Source: Candidatus Latescibacterota bacterium
Lineage (GTDB): Bacteria; Latescibacterota; UBA2968; UBA8231
Assembly (NCBI GenBank): GCA_965206595.1
Contig: OZ242214.1
Span: 2,304,001-2,368,000 of the forward strand
Direction of reading: 5' to 3'
DNA length: 64,000 nt
Positions 26,990 to 35,328 of this stretch are shown in pieces. Position 1 is the first letter of the stretch, and every line of letters starts with the position of its first letter. A program made the translations under genes and the position numbers. The notes under the pieces were generated by a model. The model was not told the DNA's origin. It saw nothing but the letters and a program-made list of their open reading frames with translations, and did not search any database.

Positions 26990-29900
26990 CTACGACTCCT
27001 CCATTCCTGGAAATGGCGGCGCACGCCGTCGAGGCGCTCCTGGTAGTCCCAGCCTTCGTGAAAGGTCTCGAAGATATGGACGAGCTGGAGTTCGCTCAGG
27101 CCGTAGAGATGGGCGACCACTGCATCGAGCTCGTGGATCATGTCCTCCTTCTCATCGGCGGCAAGAGGACCGCACTTGACATCTACTGCTTTCGCCCAGT
27201 CGGCGAACCTCCTGTCCGGGCAGGCTAGACGACCGGCGAGAGCCACGGTACGCTTCCAGAATAGGCTGCGACGTTGCGGACGTGGGGTAGGAAAGGGGTT
27301 GAGAATGAAGAAGTTGAGATTGACCTCGACGAATCGCCGCGCGTACCAATCGAGAGGTATGGACGATAAAACACCGAGCAAGAACGCTTGGTCCTTCTCG
27401 TTACCACGTGGCCAGAGAAAGTACGGTCCTTTGTTGGTAATGAGCACTTCGGGTGGAATAAGGGCCGCTCGCACCGTCCGCGAATCTGTGGCCCTCGAAA
27501 CATCCCGAAAGGCTACCCGCGGGGCGAAGCAGGGCAGGGTCTTCGGATCCCGCAAATGCTGAGGCGGGAACTCTCGATGAGCGCTATCCCGGCGGCTCTT
27601 CCCCGACTTGAGGCGCTTGGACTGAATCCACTTGAGCGCTGGTTCCGGGTCTGCCCAAGCGTAGTAGGTGCCGGTATCCGGGGTCCATAAATCGAAGGAC
27701 TCCCCCTTGTAAACCGGCCAGAACCCGTCGGGGCACTCCTCGCTCTCAAGGTCCATCAGGTTCTTCTGAGCGGTGGCGTGAAGCTCGGTATCCGGCCGCG
27801 CCCGCCACTGCTTCGGCAGGTTCTGGTCGAGCCGGGGCGCCTTGCGCAGTTGCGCGAAGGCGCCGACCGATTCCTCGTTCGGCAGCAACGGCAGCGAGAC
27901 GCTGTCGTTCCATTCGCGCACCTCCGCGCTGTAGAAGGCAGCCGGTTCCCTGACGACCCCAGCATCGAAACTGGACCGCGCCGCGTAGGGCCCCCGCAAG
28001 TAGATCGATTCCTCTTCGGGAGTACCCTGTTTCACGCATACGAGACCGATCGAGTACTGCGGATGCACTTCCGGGAATACCCATTGGCGGTTGTTGACCA
28101 GCATCGTCACATCCACCCGTTCCGCATCGTCAAATATCGTTTTCCGGAAGTCGGTCGAACCCTTGGCGGCGAGCGCACTGCGCGGAAGCACGACGCCAAT
28201 GCGTCCGCCTTCTTCGCCGGTCAACCTCCAGAACCTCCAACAGAACGCCTTGTAGAGATCGGGATCTCCCGTTCCCATACCGGGATAAGCGCCGCCTACC
28301 AGTGCCTTGCGCATCTTCTCGGCCTCGGCCACCTCGCTCTGAAAGAGCGAAACCAGGTCCGCCCTTTCCTTCTGCCGCTTCGCTTTCTCCGCTTCCTGAA
28401 GGCGTTGGGAAAGCGCCCTCAGGCCGGGAAAGTGACGCGCCCAGAAGGCATGCTCTTCGATGGTCGCCTCCTGCCACGGCGGGTTGCCGAGGATCAGATC
28501 GAATCCCGGCCGTTCGCGGAGAAACACCTCGGGAAATGCCACCGGGAAGTGAAGAGCATGGAGGCTGCCCAGATCCTGCCGCGCCGTCCCTACCGCCTCC
28601 GATTCATCCGCCTTGTCCGCAAGCCGTTCCCAATCCTCAAAACGGAATTGAGTTACCGTCGGGTCTTCGGAGATGGGCTGTGCCGCGATCAGATCGCAGA
28701 GGGCTTCGGTGCTCCGGATCGCCTCGCGGGCCTCACGCGCTGCCTCGCGGGCAGCGGCGATGTCCTGCAACGACGCGTCGTTGATATTGGCGAGTCTCCT
28801 CAACGGGGCAGCCGCCTGGCCGAGCAGACTCTGAGCATCGACGGGAAAGAGCGGCAGGGAGCGCTTCTCGAACTCCTTCTTGATCTCGTCGAGGGTGCCG
28901 ACGCCGACCAGGGAGTTGCCGTAAACCAGGTTGTGATCGAGAAACGAGAGCGGCAGCCCGGGCACGAAGGTGTGAATCCAGACCGCGAGACGGGCGAGCT
29001 GGACGGACAGGCCGTTGAGATCGACACCGTATATACAGCGACGGGCGATCAGGCGCCGCAGCAGCTGGCCGTCCTCGATCGTGGTGCTCCCTCCGAGATC
29101 CCCCAATTCGCCCAAGGCGACCGCGCGAAGATTCGCCAGCTCCCTGCGAACCCCCGGCAGACTCCGCGCCGCCAGATAGTCCGCCATGCGCTTCTCGATG
29201 TGGTCGATGGCCCCGATGAGAAAATGCCCGGAGCCCATCGCGATATCCGCCACCCGGAAGTCGAAGAAAGCATCGGCGGCATCCGCATCATCCATTGCGT
29301 CGAGGCGCTCGAAGTGGTCGCTCAGGGCAGGCTCCAGTGCGCCATTCAACAAGTGTTCTACGGCGAATGGCTTTGTGTAGTAGCTGCCGGACGATTTGCG
29401 AGCGCCGGACCGGTTGTGCAGATAGGTCTCCCCGGCATATACGCTTGGTTCCTCCCGTTTCCGGGCAGGAGCGTACACGAGTTCCCCCTTCTGCTTCTTG
29501 AGCACAAGGTCGGACTCGGCCACAGCAAGCTCCGATTCGAGCAGGCCCTCGTAGATCGTCCCGAACTCGCGCACGCCAAGCGAGCGGAAATCGACCGGGC
29601 CCGGCACGCCTTCCGGGGTCTCGATAACCAGGAGATGGCGGAGGGCGGTCTCGAAGCACTCGTTCGGCAGGGTAATGGCAGCCAATTCAGCGCCAGTCTG
29701 GGAAACCGAGGCATCGCTCTCGAAAAGGCCGCCGTCATAGGCCGGCACGCCCCATCCGGCATTGCCCAGAGCCACCGCCTGCCAGAGCAGCGCAGTCTCC
29801 TTCCAGTGAGCATCGCCGTCGGCGATCGGTGTGCCTCTGGCGACCGCACTGGCCAATTCCTGCGCCTTCTGCTTCAAGGAGCGGCGCCGGTACGCGTCGT

Positions 29901-31023
29901 TGTGCCTGTAGGGCAGGAGATCGCGATCCTCCGCATAGGCGATGAACAACAGCCGGAACAGGACTGTCAGCGCCATCTCATAGGTGCGGGCGAGGTCTTG
30001 GGGCCCTGGTCGATCGATGCCGCGGGCCTCGGCGATTCCCCGCGCGAGTCCGGGGACCACATGGTCGTAGATCCGTTCCCGCAAACGCTCGGCGAGGGCG
30101 CCCGCAAAACGCTGCGATCCCTCTATGACCTGCCGTAGGCTCCCGTTCGGAGCCAGGGCCTCGGCCGAGTAGAGCAGCCAGAGATAGGGTGCATGCTCTT
30201 CGGCAAGCAGCGAAGGCTGGCACTCGATGTAGGTTTCGGTGCGTCCCCGACGGCCCACCCCCGCATCGACATCGGTCGCATACAGGCGAAGCCGGTTGCC
30301 CTGCGTCAGGACGACCCAGGGAAGGTTCTCGTCGTCGGCCTTCTTGAAGGCGTAGCTGATTGGAGACAGGCTGTTGAAACGGGGGGACCCAGCCTCCGCG
30401 GACTCGCTTTCCCGCAGCATGACCGCGAGCGCGGTGCGGCGCTCACCGCTGCGCAGGAGATAGGTCAGATTGTCGAGAGGCTCGACGGAAAAACCGAGGG
30501 CATTCAACAGATCGCCGTCGCGCTGGCTCAGCACTTGGGCAGCCTTGCGTCCCGCCTCAGTCCAGTCCTGGCGCTCAGGCACGCCCCGCTCCAGCTCGTG
30601 AAGGGCGAGCAATCCTTCGTTGTTGAGCCCCGGCAGCGCCGTCTCCAGCGACGGCAGGGCCTGCGACAGGAGTCTGAGCGCCGCGTGCCGGTCGGGCTGG
30701 GCGAGCACCTCCCGGCAGAGCCGCTCCACCTGTCCCACGTCCATGTCGGTATAGACCGGCGGCGACTCCCCGGATGCGCCGCACAGCGCCGCTTTCCCGG
30801 AACGCAGGACAATCAGGAGAACTGGCGCCGCACGCCGCCCCTTTCGCGCCTTCCAGCTGGCGATCAGGGTGGCGCGGGCGGGTGTGCGGGAGGCTTGAGC
30901 GACCGCGACCTCGATTGCGTTGGATCCTTTGCCGACAAACAGACCCACGGGTTGTAGGCCATGGGCGGAATCGGGGGTCCAGGGTCGAGACAGGAGGTCG
31001 GGAAGAAACGCGGCTTTGCTCAA
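26986..31023 (-). CDS. Large Eco57I/type IIG-like adenine DNA methyltransferase
   Basis: RLLFIAYAEDR, FGTIYEGLLE, RKSSGSYYT, motif I DIAMGSGHFL, YGVDLN, motif IV GNPPW, TRD-like C-terminus. Confidence 0.9.
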   Translation of the reverse strand: MSKAAFLPDLLSRPWTPDSAHGLQPVGLFVGKGSNAIEVAVAQASRTPARATLIASWKARKGRRAAPVLLIVLRSGKAALCGASGESPPVYTDMDVGQVERLCREVLAQPDRHAALRLLSQALPSLETALPGLNNEGLLALHELERGVPERQDWTEAGRKAAQVLSQRDGDLLNALGFSVEPLDNLTYLLRSGERRTALAVMLRESESAEAGSPRFNSLSPISYAFKKADDENLPWVVLTQGNRLRLYATDVDAGVGRRGRTETYIECQPSLLAEEHAPYLWLLYSAEALAPNGSLRQVIEGSQRFAGALAERLRERIYDHVVPGLARGIAEARGIDRPGPQDLARTYEMALTVLFRLLFIAYAEDRDLLPYRHNDAYRRRSLKQKAQELASAVARGTPIADGDAHWKETALLWQAVALGNAGWGVPAYDGGLFESDASVSQTGAELAAITLPNECFETALRHLLVIETPEGVPGPVDFRSLGVREFGTIYEGLLESELAVAESDLVLKKQKGELVYAPARKREEPSVYAGETYLHNRSGARKSSGSYYTKPFAVEHLLNGALEPALSDHFERLDAMDDADAADAFFDFRVADIAMGSGHFLIGAIDHIEKRMADYLAARSLPGVRRELANLRAVALGELGDLGGSTTIEDGQLLRRLIARRCIYGVDLNGLSVQLARLAVWIHTFVPGLPLSFLDHNLVYGNSLVGVGTLDEIKKEFEKRSLPLFPVDAQSLLGQAAAPLRRLANINDASLQDIAAAREAAREAREAIRSTEALCDLIAAQPISEDPTVTQFRFEDWERLADKADESEAVGTARQDLGSLHALHFPVAFPEVFLRERPGFDLILGNPPWQEATIEEHAFWARHFPGLRALSQRLQEAEKAKRQKERADLVSLFQSEVAEAEKMRKALVGGAYPGMGTGDPDLYKAFCWRFWRLTGEEGGRIGVVLPRSALAAKGSTDFRKTIFDDAERVDVTMLVNNRQWVFPEVHPQYSIGLVCVKQGTPEEESIYLRGPYAARSSFDAGVVREPAAFYSAEVREWNDSVSLPLLPNEESVGAFAQLRKAPRLDQNLPKQWRARPDTELHATAQKNLMDLESEECPDGFWPVYKGESFDLWTPDTGTYYAWADPEPALKWIQSKRLKSGKSRRDSAHREFPPQHLRDPKTLPCFAPRVAFRDVSRATDSRTVRAALIPPEVLITNKGPYFLWPRGNEKDQAFLLGVLSSIPLDWYARRFVEVNLNFFILNPFPTPRPQRRSLFWKRTVALAGRLACPDRRFADWAKAVDVKCGPLAADEKEDMIHELDAVVAHLYGLSELQLVHIFETFHEGWDYQERLDGVRRHFQEWRSRR

Positions 31024-31149
31024 GTGATCACTCGGTTAAAGAAAATGTCAGGCATTTGCTTAGGGAAACTGCCTACCTACCAGTCGTTTGTATTAGTGGT
31101 TGGGACATGGAGGACTACCCCATCCCCCCGGAATTGGAATTTAAGCGCC

Positions 31150-31956
31150 CTACTCCGGCTCGACCCCAATCGATTTCAGGAACTCCAGGACGGAGCGCTC
31201 CTCCTCCTGCGTATGGAAACCATGAGCCGCCCAGTACAGCCCGGTCCATGGCCCGCCGAGAATCCGGGTCCGCGAGTTGACGTCCACGCCCTTCCCGATC
31301 AGGAAGCGGATCGTGTCGAGCCTCAGGTGATAGCAGGCCAGACCGAACGCCTGCTCGACCAGTTCCTTCTCGTCCTCGGCGGTGGGAAAATGGGGACCGT
31401 CGTAAACCGCGGCGGGATCGAGCCGGCCGTCGGAGCCGAACCAGGACCGCACCCTGTCGAGGTCACCGGCGCCGGCGGCGAACAGCAGGTTGTCGATGCG
31501 CGCCCCGCACTGAACCAGCATGTCCACCGACTTCGTGTAGCTGAACATCAGGGCGTTCGCCAGCGGCGCGCCGTCATCGGCCACACCGTTCACGGCCGCT
31601 CCGGCATCGCACAGGACCTTCACCAAGTCCGGCTGCAGTCCCGCCTCGGCGGGATGGCAGCTCGAAACCAGCAGGCAGAGCGTCGTCTGATTCGTGCCGC
31701 CTCCATAGGTCCCCGCGAGGGCGTCGACCTCAGCCCCGGCCTCGAGCAGGATCCGGGCTATTTCCACGGCGTTCGGCGGCGTCTTCTGCAGCTCGTCCTC
31801 GATGCCATTGGCCCCCACGTAGTGCAGGAGGGTCGACCGGTGTTCTGACGGGGCGCGGGCCTCAATCAGGCCGGGGTCTTTCTGCAGCAGTTTCTTCAGT
31901 GCTGCCGCGTTCCCGGTAATGACGGTCTGTACAGCCTCGTCGAATCGCGTGCTCAT
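31150..31956 (-). CDS. Ankyrin-repeat protein
   Basis: TLLHY, ARILLEAGAEVDA, LCDAGAAVN, FLIGKGVDVN, TGLYWAA. Confidence 0.85.
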   Translation of the reverse strand: MSTRFDEAVQTVITGNAAALKKLLQKDPGLIEARAPSEHRSTLLHYVGANGIEDELQKTPPNAVEIARILLEAGAEVDALAGTYGGGTNQTTLCLLVSSCHPAEAGLQPDLVKVLCDAGAAVNGVADDGAPLANALMFSYTKSVDMLVQCGARIDNLLFAAGAGDLDRVRSWFGSDGRLDPAAVYDGPHFPTAEDEKELVEQAFGLACYHLRLDTIRFLIGKGVDVNSRTRILGGPWTGLYWAAHGFHTQEEERSVLEFLKSIGVEPE

Positions 31957-32155
31957 TCTATCCCTTTCTCCCGGGAGGTTCGTCAGCGTTCTGCAGAACC
32001 ACGGCGTAGATTCGGAAACCATCGAACAGGCAATGGCCGACCTGAAGCAGCCTGCCTGACGGATTGCCAGACCCAGGCCGGATAACCGCAGCCCCAGGCG
32101 TCCTACGGGGTTCCTGAAGGTTCCAAGTGGGGGGAGCTGGACTCCGTCATCAGGG

Positions 32156-33895
32156 TTACCGTTGCCTTCCGCGGCCCTTGCCGGCACCCTTGCCCCGGGC
32201 GGCTTTCCGCCGGCCGGCTTCTTTCCCGGCCGCCGCGGATTTCCCCGGGCTTGCCGACTCCGGGGCAGCCAGCTCGAAATTGATGCGGCGCCTCTCGAGA
32301 TCCACCTCGGCCAGGCACACCGTCAGGCGGTCGCCGAGGGTATAGGCTGCCCGGGTGCGGCGGCCGACCAGGGCCAGCGCCTCCTCCCATACCTCGAAGT
32401 AGTCGCCGCTGCCCTCGCCGAGAGAGCGGACCGGCACCAGGCCTTCGGCGAACAGCCCCTCGGGACGGACGAACAGTCCCGCGGCATGAACGCCGGTCAC
32501 CCGCGCCGGCATCACCTCCCCCAGACGCCTGCGGGCGACGAGGCAGGCCGCGGCATGGACGATCTCCCGCTCGGCCTTGATTGCCCGCCGCTCGGACTCC
32601 GAAGAGCTCTCCGCCGCGGCTTCGAGCCGGCGCAGGTTGGGCTTCTTCAGCCAGTGATTCCAGAGCGCGCGGTGGACGAGCAGGTCGGGGTAGCGGCGAA
32701 TCGGCGAGGTGAAGTGGGCGTAGGCTTCCGAGGCCAGTCCGAAGTGGGGGTCGACCTCGGCCGAGTAGAAGGCCTGGCTCAGGGAGCGCAGCAGCAGCAT
32801 CTGCCCGCTCTCGGACTGGCGCGACTGCTTGAGCCTGCCGAGAAGCCCGGCAACCGCTTTCGGGCTGTTCTCCTTGCCGGTCCTCACCGGATGCCCGAAT
32901 CGCTTTGCCCAGGCGGCCATCAGCTGCCACTTCTCCCGGGGCGGCGGCGGATGCACGCGGTAGAGGCCCTCGAGTCCGCGGTCGAGCAGGTGCTCGGCGA
33001 CCGATTCGTTGGCGGCGACCATCAGGTCCTCGATGACCTGGTGAGCCGGGAGCGGGTTGCGGGCAACGACATTGACGGGATTGCCCCCCTTGTCGAACAG
33101 GACCTCCGGCTCCGGGATCTCGAGATCGAGGGAGCCTTTCTCGAAGCGCCTGCGGCGCAGCAGCCGCGAGGCCTCGATACAATCCTGGACAACTGCCGCT
33201 ACCTGTCCGGGAAGGGCGTCCGGGGCCCCGTCGATCTGCGCCTGTACCTGGGTGTAGGTGAGGCGGGCGGCGCTGCGAATCAGGGAGGGGTAGATCTCGA
33301 TGCTGCCGCGCCCGCCGTCGCCGTCGACCACCATCTCGCAGGTCACGGTCAGCCGCGATTCCCCGGGAAGCAGCGAGCACAGCCCGTTCGACAGCCTTTC
33401 CGGCAGCATCGGCAGAACGCGCCCAAGAAGGTAGACGCTGGTGCCGCGAAGCAGCGCCTCGCGGTCGAGGGGGCTGCGCGCCTTCACATACCAGGCGACG
33501 TCGGCAATCGACACCCATACCCGGTAGGCGTCTCCCTGCTTCTCGGCCGACACGGCATCGTCGAAGTCCCGGGCGTCCTCCCCGTCGATGGTGACGTGGG
33601 TGCGCGGGCGCAGGTCGCGGCGTCTTCCCCGGGCCAGCGCTTTTTCCGGGTCGACCTCGGGGAATGCGCCGGCCTGTGCCAGCGCTTCCTCCGGGAAGGG
33701 GCCGGGCAGCCCGAGGCCGTCGATGGCTTCGCGGAGATAGGCGGCGTCGGAGGCAGGTTTCGCCGAGGCCTGCCTGCGACCGGTTGACCGCATTTCCCGT
33801 TTGCCCGGGGTCCTGGCGGGTTTGCTGACCTTCTTGCGGCGCGGCACACTGCGCCGCGGGGTTTTGCCACCTTTTCCTTTCCGGGATCCGGCCAT
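32156..33895 (-). CDS. rnr: RNase R/RNB-family exoribonuclease (RNB + S1, short basic N-terminus)
   Basis: TIDGEDARDFDDA, RGTSVY, IEDLMVAAN, HFGLA..YAHFTSPIRRYPDL, C-terminal S1. Confidence 0.88.
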   Translation of the reverse strand: MAGSRKGKGGKTPRRSVPRRKKVSKPARTPGKREMRSTGRRQASAKPASDAAYLREAIDGLGLPGPFPEEALAQAGAFPEVDPEKALARGRRRDLRPRTHVTIDGEDARDFDDAVSAEKQGDAYRVWVSIADVAWYVKARSPLDREALLRGTSVYLLGRVLPMLPERLSNGLCSLLPGESRLTVTCEMVVDGDGGRGSIEIYPSLIRSAARLTYTQVQAQIDGAPDALPGQVAAVVQDCIEASRLLRRRRFEKGSLDLEIPEPEVLFDKGGNPVNVVARNPLPAHQVIEDLMVAANESVAEHLLDRGLEGLYRVHPPPPREKWQLMAAWAKRFGHPVRTGKENSPKAVAGLLGRLKQSRQSESGQMLLLRSLSQAFYSAEVDPHFGLASEAYAHFTSPIRRYPDLLVHRALWNHWLKKPNLRRLEAAAESSSESERRAIKAEREIVHAAACLVARRRLGEVMPARVTGVHAAGLFVRPEGLFAEGLVPVRSLGEGSGDYFEVWEEALALVGRRTRAAYTLGDRLTVCLAEVDLERRRINFELAAPESASPGKSAAAGKEAGRRKAARGKGAGKGRGRQR

Positions 33896-34254
33896 GTGCT
33901 CAATCAGGAATGTGCCTGAGGGCGGTCGCTGCCGGCACACTCAGTGGCCACCGGTTTGCAATGACGCACAGAGGCCGGGGGCGAGCGAAGGGGCAGCGAT
34001 CTCAGCTTTGGATGTTGGAAGATGACATGTGATCGAGTTGTCTGCACATGGCGGGAGTCAGGAGATCCAAGCAGTCCAAAACTACGAGCCAAGACCCTTG
34101 CTCGTCCCTGCATCGAATCGTTTCTTCACCCTTCGAGCTCGGGAGAGAGCCCCCAAGTCCGCGAAAGGGCCAAGCCCATCTCCCTTTGTCCAGGTTTGTT
34201 CGACCCCCTTTTGCCTGCTCGACGCGGACGCCAGGCGCATGAAAGGGGTATCGT

Positions 34255-35010
34255 ATGTCCTCTCAATCTTTCCTCCCCCCGCGTCCCAATCTCGAACAGC
34301 TCAAGAACCAGGCCAAGAGCCTCCGAAAAGCGCACAAAGCCGGAGACGCAGGGACCATTCCGCGGCTGCGGCGCGGTATCTCCCACCTTGCCGAGGCCTC
34401 CGACTCGGAGATCCTGGACGCCAGATTCTCCCTGCTCGACGCCCAGCTCGTGATCGCACGGGAGCAGGGATACAGAAACTGGCAGGAGCTTGAAGCGGCA
34501 ATTCAAGAGGCGACGAGACCCCGTGCAGGGGAAGCGTCCATAACCCTGGCCATCGGAGATATCCGCAAGTACAGCAATCCACTTGACGATGGTCGAGAGT
34601 TCGAGGGGTACCTCGTCCTGCTGGAAGAGGAAGACGGCGAGCGGCTGCTGCCGATCATCATCGATGAAGAGGCAACCGTGTCTCTTGTCAAAGGTCTCAG
34701 GGGGATCCGCTTCCCTCGTCCCCTTTCCCACGACCTCACAACCGCCCTGATGCAGAGTATGCAGGCAAAGCCGGTCGAGCTGCGTATATCGGATTATCGA
34801 GAGTGGGTGTTCTACGCCACGCTGCTCGTCGAAAACGACGATGGTTCCCAGGAAATCGACTGCCGTCCGAGCGACGGCATGTGCATCGCGGTTCGCGGAG
34901 GGGCACCCGTCGTCATCAGCGAGCAGCTGATGGACAGGATAGGAAAAAAGAAACAAGAGCCCCTGGACGGAAGCGGGATAGACGCCCTCGCAGCCAAACT
35001 GGGCGGCTGA
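34255..35010 (+). CDS. Bifunctional nuclease (DUF151) domain fused to N-terminal 'LPxxPNLEQLK' helical domain
   Basis: RLLPIII...RPLSHDL...FYATL...IDCRPSDGMCIAVR; N-terminus LPPRPNLEQLKNQAKSL...AQLVIAREQGY.NW. Confidence 0.8.
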   Translation: MSSQSFLPPRPNLEQLKNQAKSLRKAHKAGDAGTIPRLRRGISHLAEASDSEILDARFSLLDAQLVIAREQGYRNWQELEAAIQEATRPRAGEASITLAIGDIRKYSNPLDDGREFEGYLVLLEEEDGERLLPIIIDEEATVSLVKGLRGIRFPRPLSHDLTTALMQSMQAKPVELRISDYREWVFYATLLVENDDGSQEIDCRPSDGMCIAVRGGAPVVISEQLMDRIGKKKQEPLDGSGIDALAAKLGG

Positions 35011-35065
35011 ACCAGGCCCCTGCCCGCCGAACAGGGGCGGCTCTCCGACGGGTGAACCCGCGCCC

Positions 35066-35095
35066 TTGACATTGTTCGTGAGCAAAAGGTACTCT
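35066..35095 (+). promoter_or_regulatory. Sigma70-type promoter of the ABC-F leader
   Basis: TTGACA (35066-35071), 18-nt spacer, TACTCT (35090-35095). Confidence 0.65.
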
Positions 35096-35105
35096 CGGCG
35101 GCAGA

Positions 35106-35240
35106 ATGAAAGACGCGATCAGGCACTACTTGAACGAGGCAGACCGAATTGCCTTCGAGACAAGCCGGTCCGCAGCGTATTACCGGCCCCGAGGGGGATA
35201 TCCATGCCCGGTTCGGAATAGGGATCGTCTGCCGCCGTAA
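35106..35240 (+). CDS. Putative 44-aa leader peptide (uORF) ending VRNRDRLPP
   Basis: ATG 10 nt after the -10 box; open for 44 codons to TAA; lies between promoter and terminator. Confidence 0.55.
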   Translation: MKDAIRHYLNEADRIAFETSRSAAYYRPRGGYPCPVRNRDRLPP

Positions 35241-35272
35241 AATTTTCAGCAACTGACGTACTAATCGAATTC

Positions 35273-35310
35273 AGGCCGTGGGGGAACTCCTCCGCGGCCT
35301 TTTTCATTTT
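35273..35310 (+). terminator. Intrinsic terminator/attenuator upstream of the ABC-F start
   Basis: 12-bp stem AGGCCGTGGGGG/CCTCCGCGGCCT (2 G-U pairs), loop AACT, then TTTTCATTTT; 18 nt before ATG 35329. Confidence 0.75.
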
Positions 35311-35328
35311 GGATCGGATGACGAAAAC

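Noticed and set aside
21967-31023. Canonical DISARM or BREX call
   Set aside because: No DrmA/DrmB(DUF1998) or PglZ/BrxC genes adjacent on either side
33904-34113. HicA-like remnant (TTRSHVIFQHP)
   Set aside because: Only a few residues resemble HicA, no HicB partner and no RBS; too weak to call
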